Positions 37,263 through 49,823 are shown, counted from the stretch's first letter. The stretch is 64,000 bases of DNA from Zootoca vivipara (GCF_963506605.1 NC_083288.1:28396001-28460000); one strand, 5' to 3'. The notes: generated by a model from the sequence alone, not told the origin. A program made the numbers and translations.

Positions 37263-37506
37263 CAGTGGTACCTCTACTTATGAATTTAATGCGTTCTAAA
37301 CGCACATTCGTGAGTCGAAAAAAATTGTAAGTCGAATCCCATAGGAATGCATTGGGAGAAAAAAAATCGTAAGTCGGAGCAACCCTATCTAAAAATTCGT
37401 AAGTAGAAAAAATCCTATCTAAACAGCATTCAAGATGGCGGACGGAGCTCCATTCGTAAATAGAAACATTCGTAAGTCGAGTCATTCGTAAGTAGAGGTA
37501 CCACTG
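37263..37506. mobile_element. Tc1/mariner-superfamily MITE
   Basis: TA|cagtggtacctctactta ... taagtagaggtaccactg|TA, with internal cgtaagt repeats. Confidence 0.9.
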
Positions 37507-38927
37507 TATTACCACTGCATTTATTCTTTTTAAATGTGAAACACTTTGAGCACAGCTGTGTTTGTGGGAAATGTAGCATATCAGCAGACTGTGCCTACTA
37601 TAATGGTTAACTCCAAGCATTAAAGACTGACAAATTTGAGCTGAATGATTCAGTAGTAGAGTTGATTATTATGCTCCAACTGCTATGACCTGAGGGAACA
37701 AGAAAAAAAAAGAGAGGGCCAGAGAAACTTCAAACAAACTCCCCAAACATTTTATGACTGACTAATCTTGGGTTGTGGAAAAAACAATATTACCTCACAC
37801 ATCTAGCATGGGTCTCTATGCAATACATCCCAGCTTTCCTTCACATGCAACAGAACAGGAACAGAAAGCCTGCAAAGTCATCCAGAGAGACTTTTCTTCT
37901 CTACAGCTTTGTCACAACCACAAAAAGACTCACATTGTTTGCCTTTACAAACATACATATATATATTTCGGGGTGGAAACTAACAAGTTATCCTGTGGAT
38001 GTACTGCTATGTAAGTAAACTTTGTCAATAACCATGCCAAATTTTTGCAATGCAGAACAATCAGATGACTCCTTTTTTATATCAGCTAACACTTTACACA
38101 AGGAATCTATGTGAATTGTTCTTTAAAAAAAAAGATGTGCATGAAAGTGGAACTTGATGTATAACATTTGTTTTAGAATTATAGAAATCTAAGTGAATGG
38201 GATTTTGGTAATGCAAAGCCACTATTGTGAAATGTCTTCCCACCTACTCATGCCTTTGAATCTCATTTTCATGAGGAGAATTATCTTGAAGACATCTTTC
38301 CAACTTCAGAGAAATGAGGCAAAAATTGCACAAATTGTATATACAGAAAGCAGCATTTTTGTTAGCTGTATGTTTCAACAAGTTGAGTGGTTCTTTCAAA
38401 AAAACTCCTTCCTTTTTGTTTGTGTGTGTGTGCACGCACACACTCACTTGTGCGTGTGGTCAAGGGAGGTCCTATCTAGCAAGTTCAGTATCTAGCTATC
38501 CCAGCAGTTATACAGCCAGGCAGTGGCAGCAGTGGCTGGCTTTCTGCCTAACTGGCTTGCTCGAATTACAATCTGTACAGAACATTTTTCACTCTGCATA
38601 CTTCCACCTGTACTGTGGACAAGGAACAAGGTAATAGGATGCACCTGCTTTTCCATTATTTGTTAAAATGTTTTAAAGCAGATCAGTGTTGCCTCCTCCC
38701 CTGGAAAAAAAATGTAAGCATTTTCGACCCCCCTCCCAATAAATAAATCAAAGGCAGAGATATCTCTCACCCATGTCATCCACTCAATGTAATTAAATGG
38801 ATGAACCCAATTCATAAAACTGAATAAGAACACCACTGGGTATATTTAGCATTGCTTATCTAAAGCTAACAATACTTAGAAACATAGGACTATGTTGGAC
38901 ATTGTATGCCACTTTGATGGTCTCAAA

Positions 38928-38928
<1 letters not shown>

Positions 38929-38980
<52 letters not shown>
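38929..38980. repeat. (AAGT)n microsatellite
   Basis: Direct read. Confidence 0.95.
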
Positions 38981-39655
38981 CCCTCTAGTGAAATGTTGAC
39001 AGTACTGACTAGCAGCTGTCTAAGATTTGAAGCAGGAATCATTTACGAGCCCTGCACCAGAGACTGAAGCTGGGAACTTTTGCATACAAAGCATGTGTTC
39101 TATAAGTGCACTATGGCTTCTTCCAAGTTACATCTCTATGATGAGCTGTAGGTCTTAAAAAGGGAAGGTTATGTTGCTGTACCTTGTCTCCTACAACCCC
39201 CTTCTTCCAAAATGATTTACCAGTGCCACTAAGCTTTTCACTCTCTAGCTCTCTTCACATAAATCCTTTGGTCCCTAGGTCCTGTGTGGTGTTTCTCTAG
39301 CGAACAATACCTTTCACACACATCAGAAAATCTGGGTTATTTCTGAACATGCTGTCAAGCATTTTCTTCCCTCAGAAGTTAAAATGTTCAAGACTATCAC
39401 CGTACCTTCATTATTGCATTATAATATGTGATGGGATCTCTGCAGATGCAGAGATGCATTGTTTTCTGACTCAGTCTGGTAAATCTTTATAGACAATGGG
39501 ATTTTAGCAGATTAAGAAATATGATGTGACAAGATACTGATTTATCTATTAATGTTGAATGTGATTTGATGCTGAATAATGTGTATCTATAAAGTTGTGA
39601 AATCTGAACTTTGCATATTATTACAGCTTTAAACAGCAACAACATATTATTGAGG

Positions 39656-40585
39656 ATGAAGTGGGAGAACAGGACACATACATTTATCCTAGTAGGTTTT
39701 CCTGGAGACCCTCAATTGCAGATGTCACTATTTATGCTTTTCCTAATTATCTACACACTGACAATAATGGAGAATGTGGTGATCATTGCCTTAATCTGGA
39801 TGAACATCAAGCTTCATAAGCCTATGTATCTCTTCTTGAGTAATCTTTCTTTCCTGGAGATCTGGTATGTCTCCGTCACAGTCCCCAAAATGCTTGCTGG
39901 CTTCGTGGCAGAGAAGAGGGAAATATCTTTCATAGGTTGCATGGCTCAGCTGTACTTCTTCCTGGCTTTGGCATGTACTGAGTGTGTCCTCTTAGCTGTT
40001 ATGGCCTATGACCGTTATGTTGCCATCTGCAACCCATTGCGCTATCCAGCCATTATGAGTCAAGACCTCTGTATTCGTCTAGCAGCTGGATCCTGGTTGA
40101 GTGGCTTTTTTATCGCCATGGGGAAGGTCTTCTTCATCTCACGGCTGAGCTACTGTGGACCAAACACCATCAACCACTTCTTCTGTGATGTTTCTCCACT
40201 TCTCAACCTGGCCTGTACTGATATGTCTTTGGCTGAGCTCATTGACTTCCTGTTAGCCTTACTCATTCTCCTGGGCCCCCTTTCTGTGACAATTGCCTCT
40301 TACTTCTACATCATTTCTACTGTACTTCGCATCCCTTCAGCCAAAGGGAAGCAAAAGGCCTTCTCCACTTGTGCCTCACATCTTCTGGTAGTCACCATTT
40401 TCTATGCTGCCTCCCTTTTCATCTATGCCCGCCCAAAAGCACTCACTTCCTTTAACTCAAAGAAGCTGGTGTCCGTTGTCTACACAGTCCTCACACCGCT
40501 TCTCAATCCAGTCATCTACTGCATGAGAAATCGGGAATTCAAGGATGCCCTCAGCAAAACAGTTCATGGACCTTCTCGAGGTTAA
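39656..40585 (+). CDS. Olfactory receptor, family 6 (OR6A2/OR6B-like), 309 aa from MKWENRT
   Basis: Intact ORF; first ATG at 39656; [33 protein letters not shown]. Confidence 0.95.
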   Translation: MKWENRTHTFILVGFPGDPQLQMSLFMLFLIIYTLTIMENVVIIALIWMNIKLHKPMYLFLSNLSFLEIWYVSVTVPKMLAGFVAEKREISFIGCMAQLYFFLALACTECVLLAVMAYDRYVAICNPLRYPAIMSQDLCIRLAAGSWLSGFFIAMGKVFFISRLSYCGPNTINHFFCDVSPLLNLACTDMSLAELIDFLLALLILLGPLSVTIASYFYIISTVLRIPSAKGKQKAFSTCASHLLVVTIFYAASLFIYARPKALTSFNSKKLVSVVYTVLTPLLNPVIYCMRNREFKDALSKTVHGPSRG

Positions 40586-40647
40586 GCATAAGGCCAAGAG
40601 CTAAGTAGGTAGACGTTTCTACATTGAGGCAGTTCCAAAAACTTATA

Positions 40648-40864
40648 CAGTGGTACCTCCGGTTGCGACGGGATCCGTTCCGGAGGTCCGGCCGTATCCC
40701 AAAGTTTCCGCAACCGGAGGCGCTGCTTCTGCCCACACATGCAGTGCGTAGAGCACTTCTGCGGATGTGCAAGCGGCAAAACCAGGAAATATACTTCCAG
40801 GTTTGTCGCTTTCACAACCCGAAGTTTACGTTACCCAAGGGTAACGTAAGCCGAGGGTCTACTG
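40648..40864. mobile_element. Tc1/mariner-superfamily MITE in the probable OR 3' UTR
   Basis: TA|cagtggtacctc ... gagggtctactg|TA, 62 nt after the OR stop. Confidence 0.8.
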
Positions 40865-41039
40865 TATTTCCAAATACTGATAATTAGTATTGTTTTTATT
40901 TATACCACCCTTAATCCGTGGATCTCATGGCAGTTCAAAACATAAGATTACAAAAAAAAACCCATAATAAAAATAAGAACAATAATAAACCAATATTTCT
41001 CCATTCCACAATGCATTTTAAAGGGCATCAGATGTTAAG

Positions 41040-41143
41040 GGAAGTTTTTAGTATTTAATGCTGTATTGTTTTAACACTCGATTGGGAGCCATCCAGAGGG
41101 GCTGGGGAATCTCAGTCAGATGGGCGGGGTACAAATAATAATA

Positions 41144-41185
<42 letters not shown>
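41040..41185 (+). mobile_element. L2 3' end with (TTA)n tail
   Basis: ggctggggaatctcagtcagatgggcgggg followed by (tta)n. Confidence 0.75.
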
Positions 41186-41189
<4 letters not shown>

Positions 41190-41784
41190 CTGAAAGCTTT
41201 GTTGAAGAGGATTGTTTTTAAATAAGCTAGGACTATATGGCTTCTTTTCCCCTGGATGTCGGGAGTGACACTAACCTTGCCCACCAATCCCTGGAATCTT
41301 ACATCTAAATGTTTAGTAAGCATTAACATGGTGGGGGGGGAGTTAAACAAATGCTTTTGGTATCATATGTGGGGGGGGGAGGTTGTTCAAAACTGGTGTG
41401 AGAAATTCTTGGAGCTGCAATATATGCATTTTATTTGAGAAGAACATGAGATGAACATATTTGAGATGAGATCCAATATAATAATTCCATATAGTTCCAA
41501 GCTAGGATATGCAGAAATCGGCAACAACACTAAGAAAGTTTTTGGATATGCAGCTCTATTTCAAACCAAGTGTTTTGAGGTCTAATATCTTAAGCTGCAT
41601 GCTTAAGACATTTTCCAGTATCTGCTATCCTGCCACCCATTACATATGTTTGCATCATTCTCTCCCTCCTTCATTTTGTTTTTCCATAAGTATGTTTTAG
41701 TAATGGGAAGTACCTTATCCTGCTCTAGGCTGTATTCAGGCCTGCACTTTATAATTAAGCAGGTTCTTCCATAAAGGAGAGAAT

Positions 41785-42582
41785 GGGTTGCAGAAGGGTT
41801 AACAAGACAACTCAGGGGTGGGAGCGGTGGGTCAGTTTGGATGGTCACATGTGTGATTGGTGGGTGTGCTTTTGCTGGGGAAATTTGCTTGTAGCAAGTG
41901 ATTGATTGACAGCCTTACCCTATATATGCCTAGAGAGCAGCTTCAGTTTCACTTTTGCTGCTCCCAATGAATCTCCCACCTGCCCTCCTCTAATTTTAGG
42001 TGCCTTTGCATTGACCTTGCTGCGCCTGTCATGGGGTTGCCCTTTTTGGATCAGGGGCCTGGTAGGAATTTTGCCACTTGGCCGATTGGCTGGTGCCAGG
42101 TGGTTCTTGCCTACTACGCTGCAATAAGTCACAACTTGTAAGGTTGGCGGTTAGGCATTGGTTCCAATTGGAGGGTTGAGGGGTACGGATTTGGTTGGGC
42201 CTGCCCGTCATGGTTGCTGCTGCCTTTAGGGGTATTCCTTTAAAGGAATCCTGGGGCTATACATGTAGTCCGCGTATCCCCGCCAGGGGCCAGGGCCAGG
42301 CATGAGCCTCGGGGAGCATCTGAGGGATGAGGTCAAGGGCGTGGCCCCCTGCCCCGATCTCTACTGGTAAGGGTGCTTACCTACTGGCTCCCCTACTAGG
42401 CTAGTGGGAGTCAGATCTGTCCCAGGCGGGGGACAGATGGCAAGAAGCAATGCCTAAGCAACCACTCACATTCAGTTGTATTTAAATAAAGTTGTGGCCA
42501 AATTAATGTCAAAAACCCTAAACTTAAAATATTGTGTGAGGTGTGAGTTATTGGGGGGATGTGTTGGTACCTCGGCACGCAA
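41785..42582 (+). mobile_element. LTR-like / DIRS-Ngaro-like terminal repeat segment
   Basis: GC-rich block with gattgg (CCAAT reversed), ccctatatatg (TATA-like), cccacctgccctcc and aataaagttgtggcc poly(A) signal; no coding remnant found. Confidence 0.45.
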
Positions 42583-43016
42583 AAGCTATTTTCTTAAAGG
42601 TTTGGCTGGGGAGGGGGAATTCTTTGCTTATTCAAGCGTCAAGCTGGTGTACATGTTTCTTCCCCTCTGCATTTTACTTTCACAACAATCATATGTGTTA
42701 AGTTTGTCTGAGAGCCTGGTTCTGTGAGCTTCATGACTAAGTAGGGATTTGGACCCTTTTCTTCCAGGTCCTAGTCCAACACTCTAACCACCACACCACA
42801 TATCATCAGGAATTTTATATGTCAGTTGTAAGTCCCTGCTATGCTGAACGCTGCCTGGCCACCCCCCTCCTCCTTCAATTATCTTCCCCTGATACTGGCT
42901 AAATCAGATCCATAGGTCTGGGAGGACTAAAAGACTCTCCCAGGCCTCCTTCATCCCTGCTTTCATGAATGATAGCATCCTAGGAGCAAGGGGCATTGTA
43001 AGTGCATTTTCTAGAA

Positions 43017-43156
43017 CAGGCACCCCCAAACTCAGCCCTCCAGATGTTTTGGGACTACAACTCCCATCACCCCTAGCTAACAGAACCAGTTAGTGGTCAG
43101 GGATGATGGGCAATGTAGTCCCAAAACATCTGGAGGGCTGAGTTTGGGGGTGCCTG
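43017..43156. mobile_element. Palindromic hAT MITE
   Basis: caggcacccccaaact...agtttgggggtgcctg; TSD ttctagaa/ttatagaa; same family as 34402. Confidence 0.9.
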
Positions 43157-44861
43157 TTATAGAAGATGAAAACATTTCCCAGAGTCACTGGGATGCTTTT
43201 GTGGCAAGTAGGAGGATGTCCTCTCAACTTTCCTTCGGGTGTCCCCAAGTGAGACAGATGCCGTCAACATAGGAGAACGCTTTATAAATAGAGTTTAGAG
43301 ATGAAGGTGTTAGGAAAGGGCTGTGACTCAGTGGTAGAGCATCTGCAGATCCCAGGTTCGATCTCCAGGGCAGCAGATGGTGACAGAGGAGGGGGCTTTT
43401 ACAACTGTGGCACCCGTTGAGAGGTTTGGGTTAGTAGTTTGTTCCAAGTTTTCTTTAGGAGTTTGTTCCAAGTGCAGCAGCTCAAGGGAAGGAGAAAGGA
43501 AAAGGCTGCCAAAGGAACATAATAGAAACCTTCCTATTGCTGTTTTGTCGACAGATCTCTGAAAGACTCAGCAATTGTGTGATTCTCAGCCCAGCCTGGC
43601 TATATCAGTTTCTGCATTGATCTCCTCTGCCCTTTTGCATTTGTGACCATCATCACTACTCATCACGAGCAGCAGTGCCCGTATATCAGTGATGAAATAA
43701 TTTCTCTTTTTTATTATATTTTTCTTTTCAATTTTCTTGTAACTTTTTGTCTGAACAAGTTTTTGGGAAGCTAGAAATTCTTTCCATAGTTTCTTCATCT
43801 CTCCTGTGTAAGTAAACCTCAAAATTAGCATCTGCAAGTATTTGCAATGTATTCATTCTTTCACATGTGCAGTTTTATGATTTGTAAATGGTAATTAAAG
43901 AGGCACTTCTCATTTTCTATGCATGACAAACAATATTTGGTTTTGAAGTAATGCACTGTTGTTGTTTTGTTTGCAGTTCTGTTCCTATTATTTATATTTT
44001 AAAATAACGGTTTTGTGTGCTAGTATCATTTAGGACAGCTTTCTGAGATCAGTAGTTTTCACCAACGGAACAGAACTAGGTGTACTTATTAGTCCAAGAG
44101 TGAATATATAAAACCATTCACCAAGTGGTAAATTTACTAAGAAAAAAGAAGATGAGTTAATTTTTGGAAGCAGTTTGTTTGTTTGCTTAAATGCAGTTGT
44201 TTCAAGATTATATTTAAAAGAATTTCAATTTGACTTTGGTGAGGTTAAATCAGTAAATGCAGCTGAATTAACTTTTGGTAGCATAGACTTTTTTGTTGTT
44301 GCTAGATATTATCTTTTTTAATAACTCAGTTTTAAAATGTTGTTCAGAAGGTCTTATATTTAGCTGTGAGGCTGTTTGAGATCAGATGTAAGTTCTCTTG
44401 AGTTTGGTGTGACTTATGTTTGGTGGCAAATTTATGATGGCAAAAGACAGGGGCACAACTTAATAGGCAGTTAGTTACTTACTTAGTTAGTTAGTTAGTT
44501 AGTTAATTTATTGTTACGGTTCTCGACCAACATGTATTGAAGGGTAGTTATAAGAAGTGGGGTTAAAATGCCCCAAAGGTATGGTTTGTCACCATTCTGA
44601 ATGAAGTGCAATGACCATTAACAGCACCAAAGGGAAATCCTGGTACTACTGAAAATGTCTAATTTGGGGTTGCATTAATGCATTGGCTTCCTGTCCCACT
44701 ATGTGTTCATTTTCTTAACCATGCCAAAATGATTGTGTTGTTTCCAGTTGCTGTTGCTGTGAATGAGTATATATATTTTTTTCTTTTACAGTTATAAAAT
44801 TTTACCTACATGCTTATGAACATGAATTTATGAATCTGTTTTGGTAAACAACATGATAGCG

Positions 44862-44882
44862 AGACTCATTAAAAACTTAAGT
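44862..44882 (-). promoter_or_regulatory. Extended homeodomain (Lhx2-type) site resembling the mouse H-element 21-mer
   Basis: Minus strand reads ACTTAAGTTTTTAATGAGTCT, versus recalled H 21-mer ACATAACTTTTTAATGAGTCT (19/21). Confidence 0.55.
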
Positions 44883-45305
44883 CATCAATTATGCATTAAG
44901 AGTTGCATCCAACACCATCTTATGTGTATCTAATTTGAAATAAGTCTACATTTAATGTAGGATGACCAATTATGCATTGCCAAAAAGAAGACTTCCCATT
45001 CACAAAAAAGCGGATGAAATATTTGCATAATTTTTTCATATGACACTTTATATGCATAGACACACATTTAGAAATAATTTACAAACATTTAAATAGAAAT
45101 GCAATACATCTCAATATAGAGGGGAAGAAACCAGGTGATTTCTGTGCTGGGTTAGACTGTTGACCAGGTGCTACTAACTTTTGATGGGTATCTTCAAGGT
45201 TCCTGCTCTCCCTTTTTCTGGTTCCTTATCTTTAATCTAGGCTGGACAACTCTCAAGCACAGGACAATGTCCTCTGACAGTCCTTCAAAATCTATCCACC
45301 GTAGA

Positions 45306-45625
45306 CAGTGCTGGCCCTGCCATGAGGCATTTGAGGCTACTGCTTCAGGTGGCAGAAGCCCCCCAGGTGGCATGCCTGTAGGTGATCCATCTGCTCCACC
45401 TCCTTTTCAAGTGGCAGAGAAGCACTGCCACCATTGGCACTACTTGGGGGCAATATCTCACTGAAAATTGGCCCCGATGGCAAGCAGAGGATGGGGCAGG
45501 ACACACAACTGCAGCAAAGCAGGTGGTGGCAGGAGAAGTTGGGTGGGGGCAGGGGCAGCAGGGCAGAGTGGAACTTCCCATTTTGCCTCAAGCGGTGACA
45601 CTGCCCTGGGCTGTAGAGTGGGCCA
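45306..45625. mobile_element. Non-autonomous interspersed repeat (hAT-like start CAGTGCTGGCCCTG)
   Basis: Homologous, inverted, to 23975-24305. Confidence 0.6.
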
Positions 45626-46111
45626 CCTGGCTATGGTAGCTTGATGAGTAAGCTTTGCTACTTATAAGGTGTGTTTGGATTACAGCCTAAATTAGTTGAA
45701 TTTAATTCCCACTGATACCAATGGGGCTTTACTTAGTATTGGCTTTCATGTTGATTTGAATGGGATTTAGACTGGATGCAACCCTGTGAAATATGTTTTC
45801 CTGAATAAAGAAATCATAAAGCTCTCTATGCAACAACAATAGGTATAGATAGAAAGTTGAAGTGATGTTAATCTATTTTAGTATTTTAACTTTTGTTTGC
45901 ATTAGAGTTCTTGACTATTGTTTTCTCATTTTGTTAACTGTTTACAGGTCCTTTACAATCAATTGGTGAATAAATTTTAGGAAATAAATAAATTACAATA
46001 AATTTGCAGTGAAAGGGCACTCAATATCATTTGCTTTTGAACAAGTCATGTGTATTAATCTTCTTTCTGTATCTCTCCGCCTCTCATCTATGATACCAGC
46101 AAGCATTTGAG

Positions 46112-47056
46112 ATGCAACTGGCAAACTGGACACAAGTGAATGAATTCATCCTGGTTGGTTTTCCTGGAGATCTGAGGCTGCAGCTCTTATTATTTACTGC
46201 TTTTCTAGTTGCCTACACATTGACAATAATGGAGAATATGGTGATCATTGCCTTAATCTGGATGAACATCAAGCTTCATAAGCCTATGTATCTCTTCCTG
46301 AGTAATCTTTCTTTCCTGGAGATCTGGTATGTCTCCGTCACGGTCCCCAAAATGCTTGCTGGCTTTGTGGCAGAAAAGAGGGAAATCTCTTTCACAGGTT
46401 GCATGGCTCAGCTGTACTTCTTCCTGGCTTTGGCATGCACTGAGTGTGTCCTTCTAACTGTTATGGCTTATGACCGCTATGTTGCCATCTGCAACCCATT
46501 GCGCTATCCAGCTATTATGAGTCAAAACCTATGCATTCGTCTAGCAGCTGGATCCTGGTTGAGTGGCATTTTCATTGCCATGGGGAAGATCTTCTTCATC
46601 TCACGCCTGAGGTACTGCGGACCAAACGTTATCAATCACTTCTTCTGTGATGTTTCCCCACTTCTTAACTTGGCCTGCACTGATATGTCATTGGCTGAGC
46701 TCATTGATTTCCTTCTTGCCTTACTCATTCTCATTGGCCCGCTCTCTGTAACAATCACCTCTTACATCTGCATCATCTCCACAATTCTCCGCATCCCTTC
46801 AGCCAAAGGGAAGCACAAAGCCTTTTCCACCTGTGCTTCACACCTTCTGGTAGTCACAATTTTCTATTCTGCCACCATTTTCATCTACGCCCGGCCAAGA
46901 GCCCTCACCTCCTTTCATGCCAACAAGCTGGTGTCTGTGGTCTACACTGTCCTCACGCCACTTCTCAATCCAGTCATCTACTGCCTGAGGAATCAGGAAT
47001 TCAAAAATGCCTTCAGAAAATCACTGCATGGACCTTCATCAATGAGAATGGGCTAA
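46112..47056 (+). CDS. Olfactory receptor, family 6 (314 aa); close paralog of 39656
   Basis: Intact ORF with all OR motifs. Confidence 0.95.
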   Translation: MQLANWTQVNEFILVGFPGDLRLQLLLFTAFLVAYTLTIMENMVIIALIWMNIKLHKPMYLFLSNLSFLEIWYVSVTVPKMLAGFVAEKREISFTGCMAQLYFFLALACTECVLLTVMAYDRYVAICNPLRYPAIMSQNLCIRLAAGSWLSGIFIAMGKIFFISRLRYCGPNVINHFFCDVSPLLNLACTDMSLAELIDFLLALLILIGPLSVTITSYICIISTILRIPSAKGKHKAFSTCASHLLVVTIFYSATIFIYARPRALTSFHANKLVSVVYTVLTPLLNPVIYCLRNQEFKNAFRKSLHGPSSMRMG

Positions 47057-47122
47057 TGTCTACATTTCAGTGCATCTGAAGGGCATATATTTACTTGCAC
47101 CACACTTCAAATGAGGACTTCA

Positions 47123-47169
<47 letters not shown>

Positions 47170-47868
47170 TTATTTATACCCCGCCCATTTGGCTGGGTTT
47201 CCCCAGCCACTCTGGGCGGCTTGCAACAGAAAAATGAAATAAAATAATCTATTAAACATTAAAAACCTCCCTAAACAGGGCTGCCTTCAGATGTCTTCTA
47301 AAAGTCTGGTAGCTGTTTTTCTCTTTGACATCTGATGGGAGGGCATTCCACAGGGCAGGCGCCACCACCAAGAAGGCCCTCTGCCTGGTTCCCTGCAACT
47401 TGGCTTCTCACAACGAGGGAACCGCCAGAAGGCCCTCAGTGCTGGACCTCAGTGTCCGGGCAGAACGATGGGGGTGGAGACGCTCCTTCAGGTATACTGG
47501 ACCGAGGCCGTTTAGAGCTTTAAAGGTCAGCACCAACACTTTGAACTGTGCTCGAGAACGTACTGGGAGCCAATGTAGATCTTTCAAGACTGGTGTTATG
47601 TGGTCTCAGCGTCCGCTCCCAGTCACCAGTCTAGCTGCCGCATTCTAGATTAGTTGTAGTTTCCGGGTCACCTTCAAAGGTAGCCCCACGTAGAGCACAT
47701 TGCAGTAGTCCAAGCGGAAGATAACTAGAGCATGCACCACTCTGGTGAGACAGTCTGCAGGCAGATAGGGTCTCAGCCTGCGTACCAGATGGAGCTGATA
47801 GACAGCTGCCCTGGACACAGAATTGACCTGCGCCTCCATGGACAGCTGTGAGTCCAAAATGACTCTCA
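47123..47868 (-). mobile_element. L2-clade LINE 3' fragment with (TAA)n tail
   Basis: LDSQLSMEAQVNSVSRAAVYQLHLVRRLRPYL..LDYCNVLYVGLPLKVTRKLQLI on the minus strand; starts ~65 nt downstream of the OR stop. Confidence 0.9.
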
Positions 47869-48339
47869 GGGTTATATTTATAAAAATATAACAAGGAAGA
47901 CATGCCCCAAACCAAACAGCAGTGTGGGCAAGGATAACCTGTGCTGGCAGGCAGAAAGTCATGTGCCTTTGGCACTTCACATCTGTGCAGAACTGGCAAT
48001 ATTTAAAGTGTCACATATAGTCATTCAGCGCTTGTAAGAAATTTATCTTTAGGTATAACAGCAACCAAACATTGAAACTCTGTATCTACTGACATCAAGC
48101 AGCCCCTTCCAATGTATTATTTTCCATGGTGCCTAAAAACATTTTTGTTTTGGCAAAGCCTACCATGTAGAATCTAGGTGTTTTAATCTGCCTTTAGTTT
48201 ATGGTTGATTTAAAATATTTTTTAGATTTAATACTTGAATACCTTCCCCTGGTGGTTGTCAGTAGTCCAGTGCCTTTGGAAAGATTAGCCAGAGCACACA
48301 GGGTGACTTTTGTTTACGGCTGCATAAATTAAAGGACTA

Positions 48340-48604
48340 CCGTGGTACCTTTAGTTACAAACTTAATTCGTTCCGGAGGTCCATTCTTAACTTGAAACTG
48401 TTCTCAACCATAGGCATGCTTTCGCTAATGGGACCTCTTGCTGCTTCTTCTGCTGCTGCTGCTGCGCCGGCGGCGGCGGCGGCACACGATTTCCATTCTC
48501 ATCCTGGGGCAAAGTTCTCAACTCGAGGTAACTCTTCCAGGTTAGCGGAGTTTGTAACATGAAGCATTTGTAACCTGAGGCATTTGTAACTCGAGGTACC
48601 ACTG
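48340..48604. mobile_element. Tc1/mariner-superfamily MITE
   Basis: TA|ccgtggtacct ... gaggtaccactg|TA; same family as 27575. Confidence 0.85.
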
Positions 48605-48622
48605 TAATGGCATACTTTTCTC

Positions 48623-49036
48623 CAGGGGTCCCCAAACTAAGGCCCGGGGGCCGGATGCTGCCCAATCGCCTTCTAAATCCTGCCCACGGATGGTCCGGGA
48701 ATCAGCATGTTTTTACATGAGTAGAATGTGTTCTTTTATTTAAAATGCATCTCTGGGTTATTTGTGGGGCATAGGAATTCATTCATTATTTTTTTAAAAA
48801 AAATATAGTCATGGCCCCCCACAAGGTCTGAGGGACAGTGGCCCACGGACGGTCCGGGAATCAGCAAGTTTTTACATGAGTAGAATGTGTCCTTTTATCG
48901 AAAATGCATCTCTGGGTTATTTGTGGGGCATAGGAATTCATTCATTATTATTATTTTTTCAAAATATAGTCCGGCCCCTCACAAGGTCTGTGGGACAGTG
49001 GATTGGCCCCCTGCTGAAAAAGTTTGCTGACCCCTG
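48623..49036. mobile_element. hAT MITE with an internal ~159-bp tandem duplication
   Basis: caggggtccccaaact ... agtttgctgacccctg; TSD cttttctc/cttttctt; duplicated units 48682-48840 and 48841-49000. Confidence 0.88.
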
Positions 49037-49790
49037 CTTTTCTTTGTTTGTTTCAGAACAAACACTGAAAATGTGTGGACCTGTAGGCTCCCAAATGGTC
49101 CAGGCTCCTTTGGCTCTCCTTTGCTTACTACACTGTTCATTTCTCTGAAATCCTAATGATCTAGGCTATTGGCAGGAGAGGAAGAGAGAGATTCTTTGAA
49201 TAATTGACTGTTATTGAACATATCCCAAAGGTTAACTAATGCTTGGAGATATAGATTAGGTCTCCTGTGTGTGTGAAGTGACTCTTGAAATAGCAGCATC
49301 AAACAATGTAAAGCTATTTCTCAGGCTGTACAGTTTCCCGTCTTATTTTTTTTTTTGTGGGATGACATGATGCAGGAAATTTTAGGCACAAGGATAGATG
49401 AGATAGGAAGGGCAAAGATGTAGATGGTTAAGTTATGAATTGCCTCTTGAAAATTGTATTCCTTTTAATGAAAGGATTCAGTATCATTGTTTCATTTGGC
49501 AATAATCTACACTAGTTCGCCATTTTCATAGGATTTCGTTCTACCAACCAGCCTCAATAGTATTGATGCCTCCTGGATAACTGACAGCTTGTGTGAGCCC
49601 TGTGGATTACCCTTCATTAAGGTGAATACATAGGTTATTGATGAATTTACCATATATTCTTCTATTATTATTATAATTATTATTATAATTATTATTATTA
49701 TCTGTGTGTCTATCTAATAAATCCTTAGATGTGGATTGGTAGATACTGTATTTCTGCATTAATGTGCACACGTTAATACAATATATTGAA

Positions 49791-49792
<2 letters not shown>

Positions 49793-49820
<28 letters not shown>
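49793..49820. repeat. (AT)n microsatellite
   Basis: Direct read. Confidence 0.9.

Positions 49821-49823
<3 letters not shown>

Noticed and set aside
39611-39655. TTG-started extension of the OR at 39656 (likewise 53813-53836)
   Set aside because: Artefact of alternative start codons in the ORF caller; canonical ATGs follow at the expected position.
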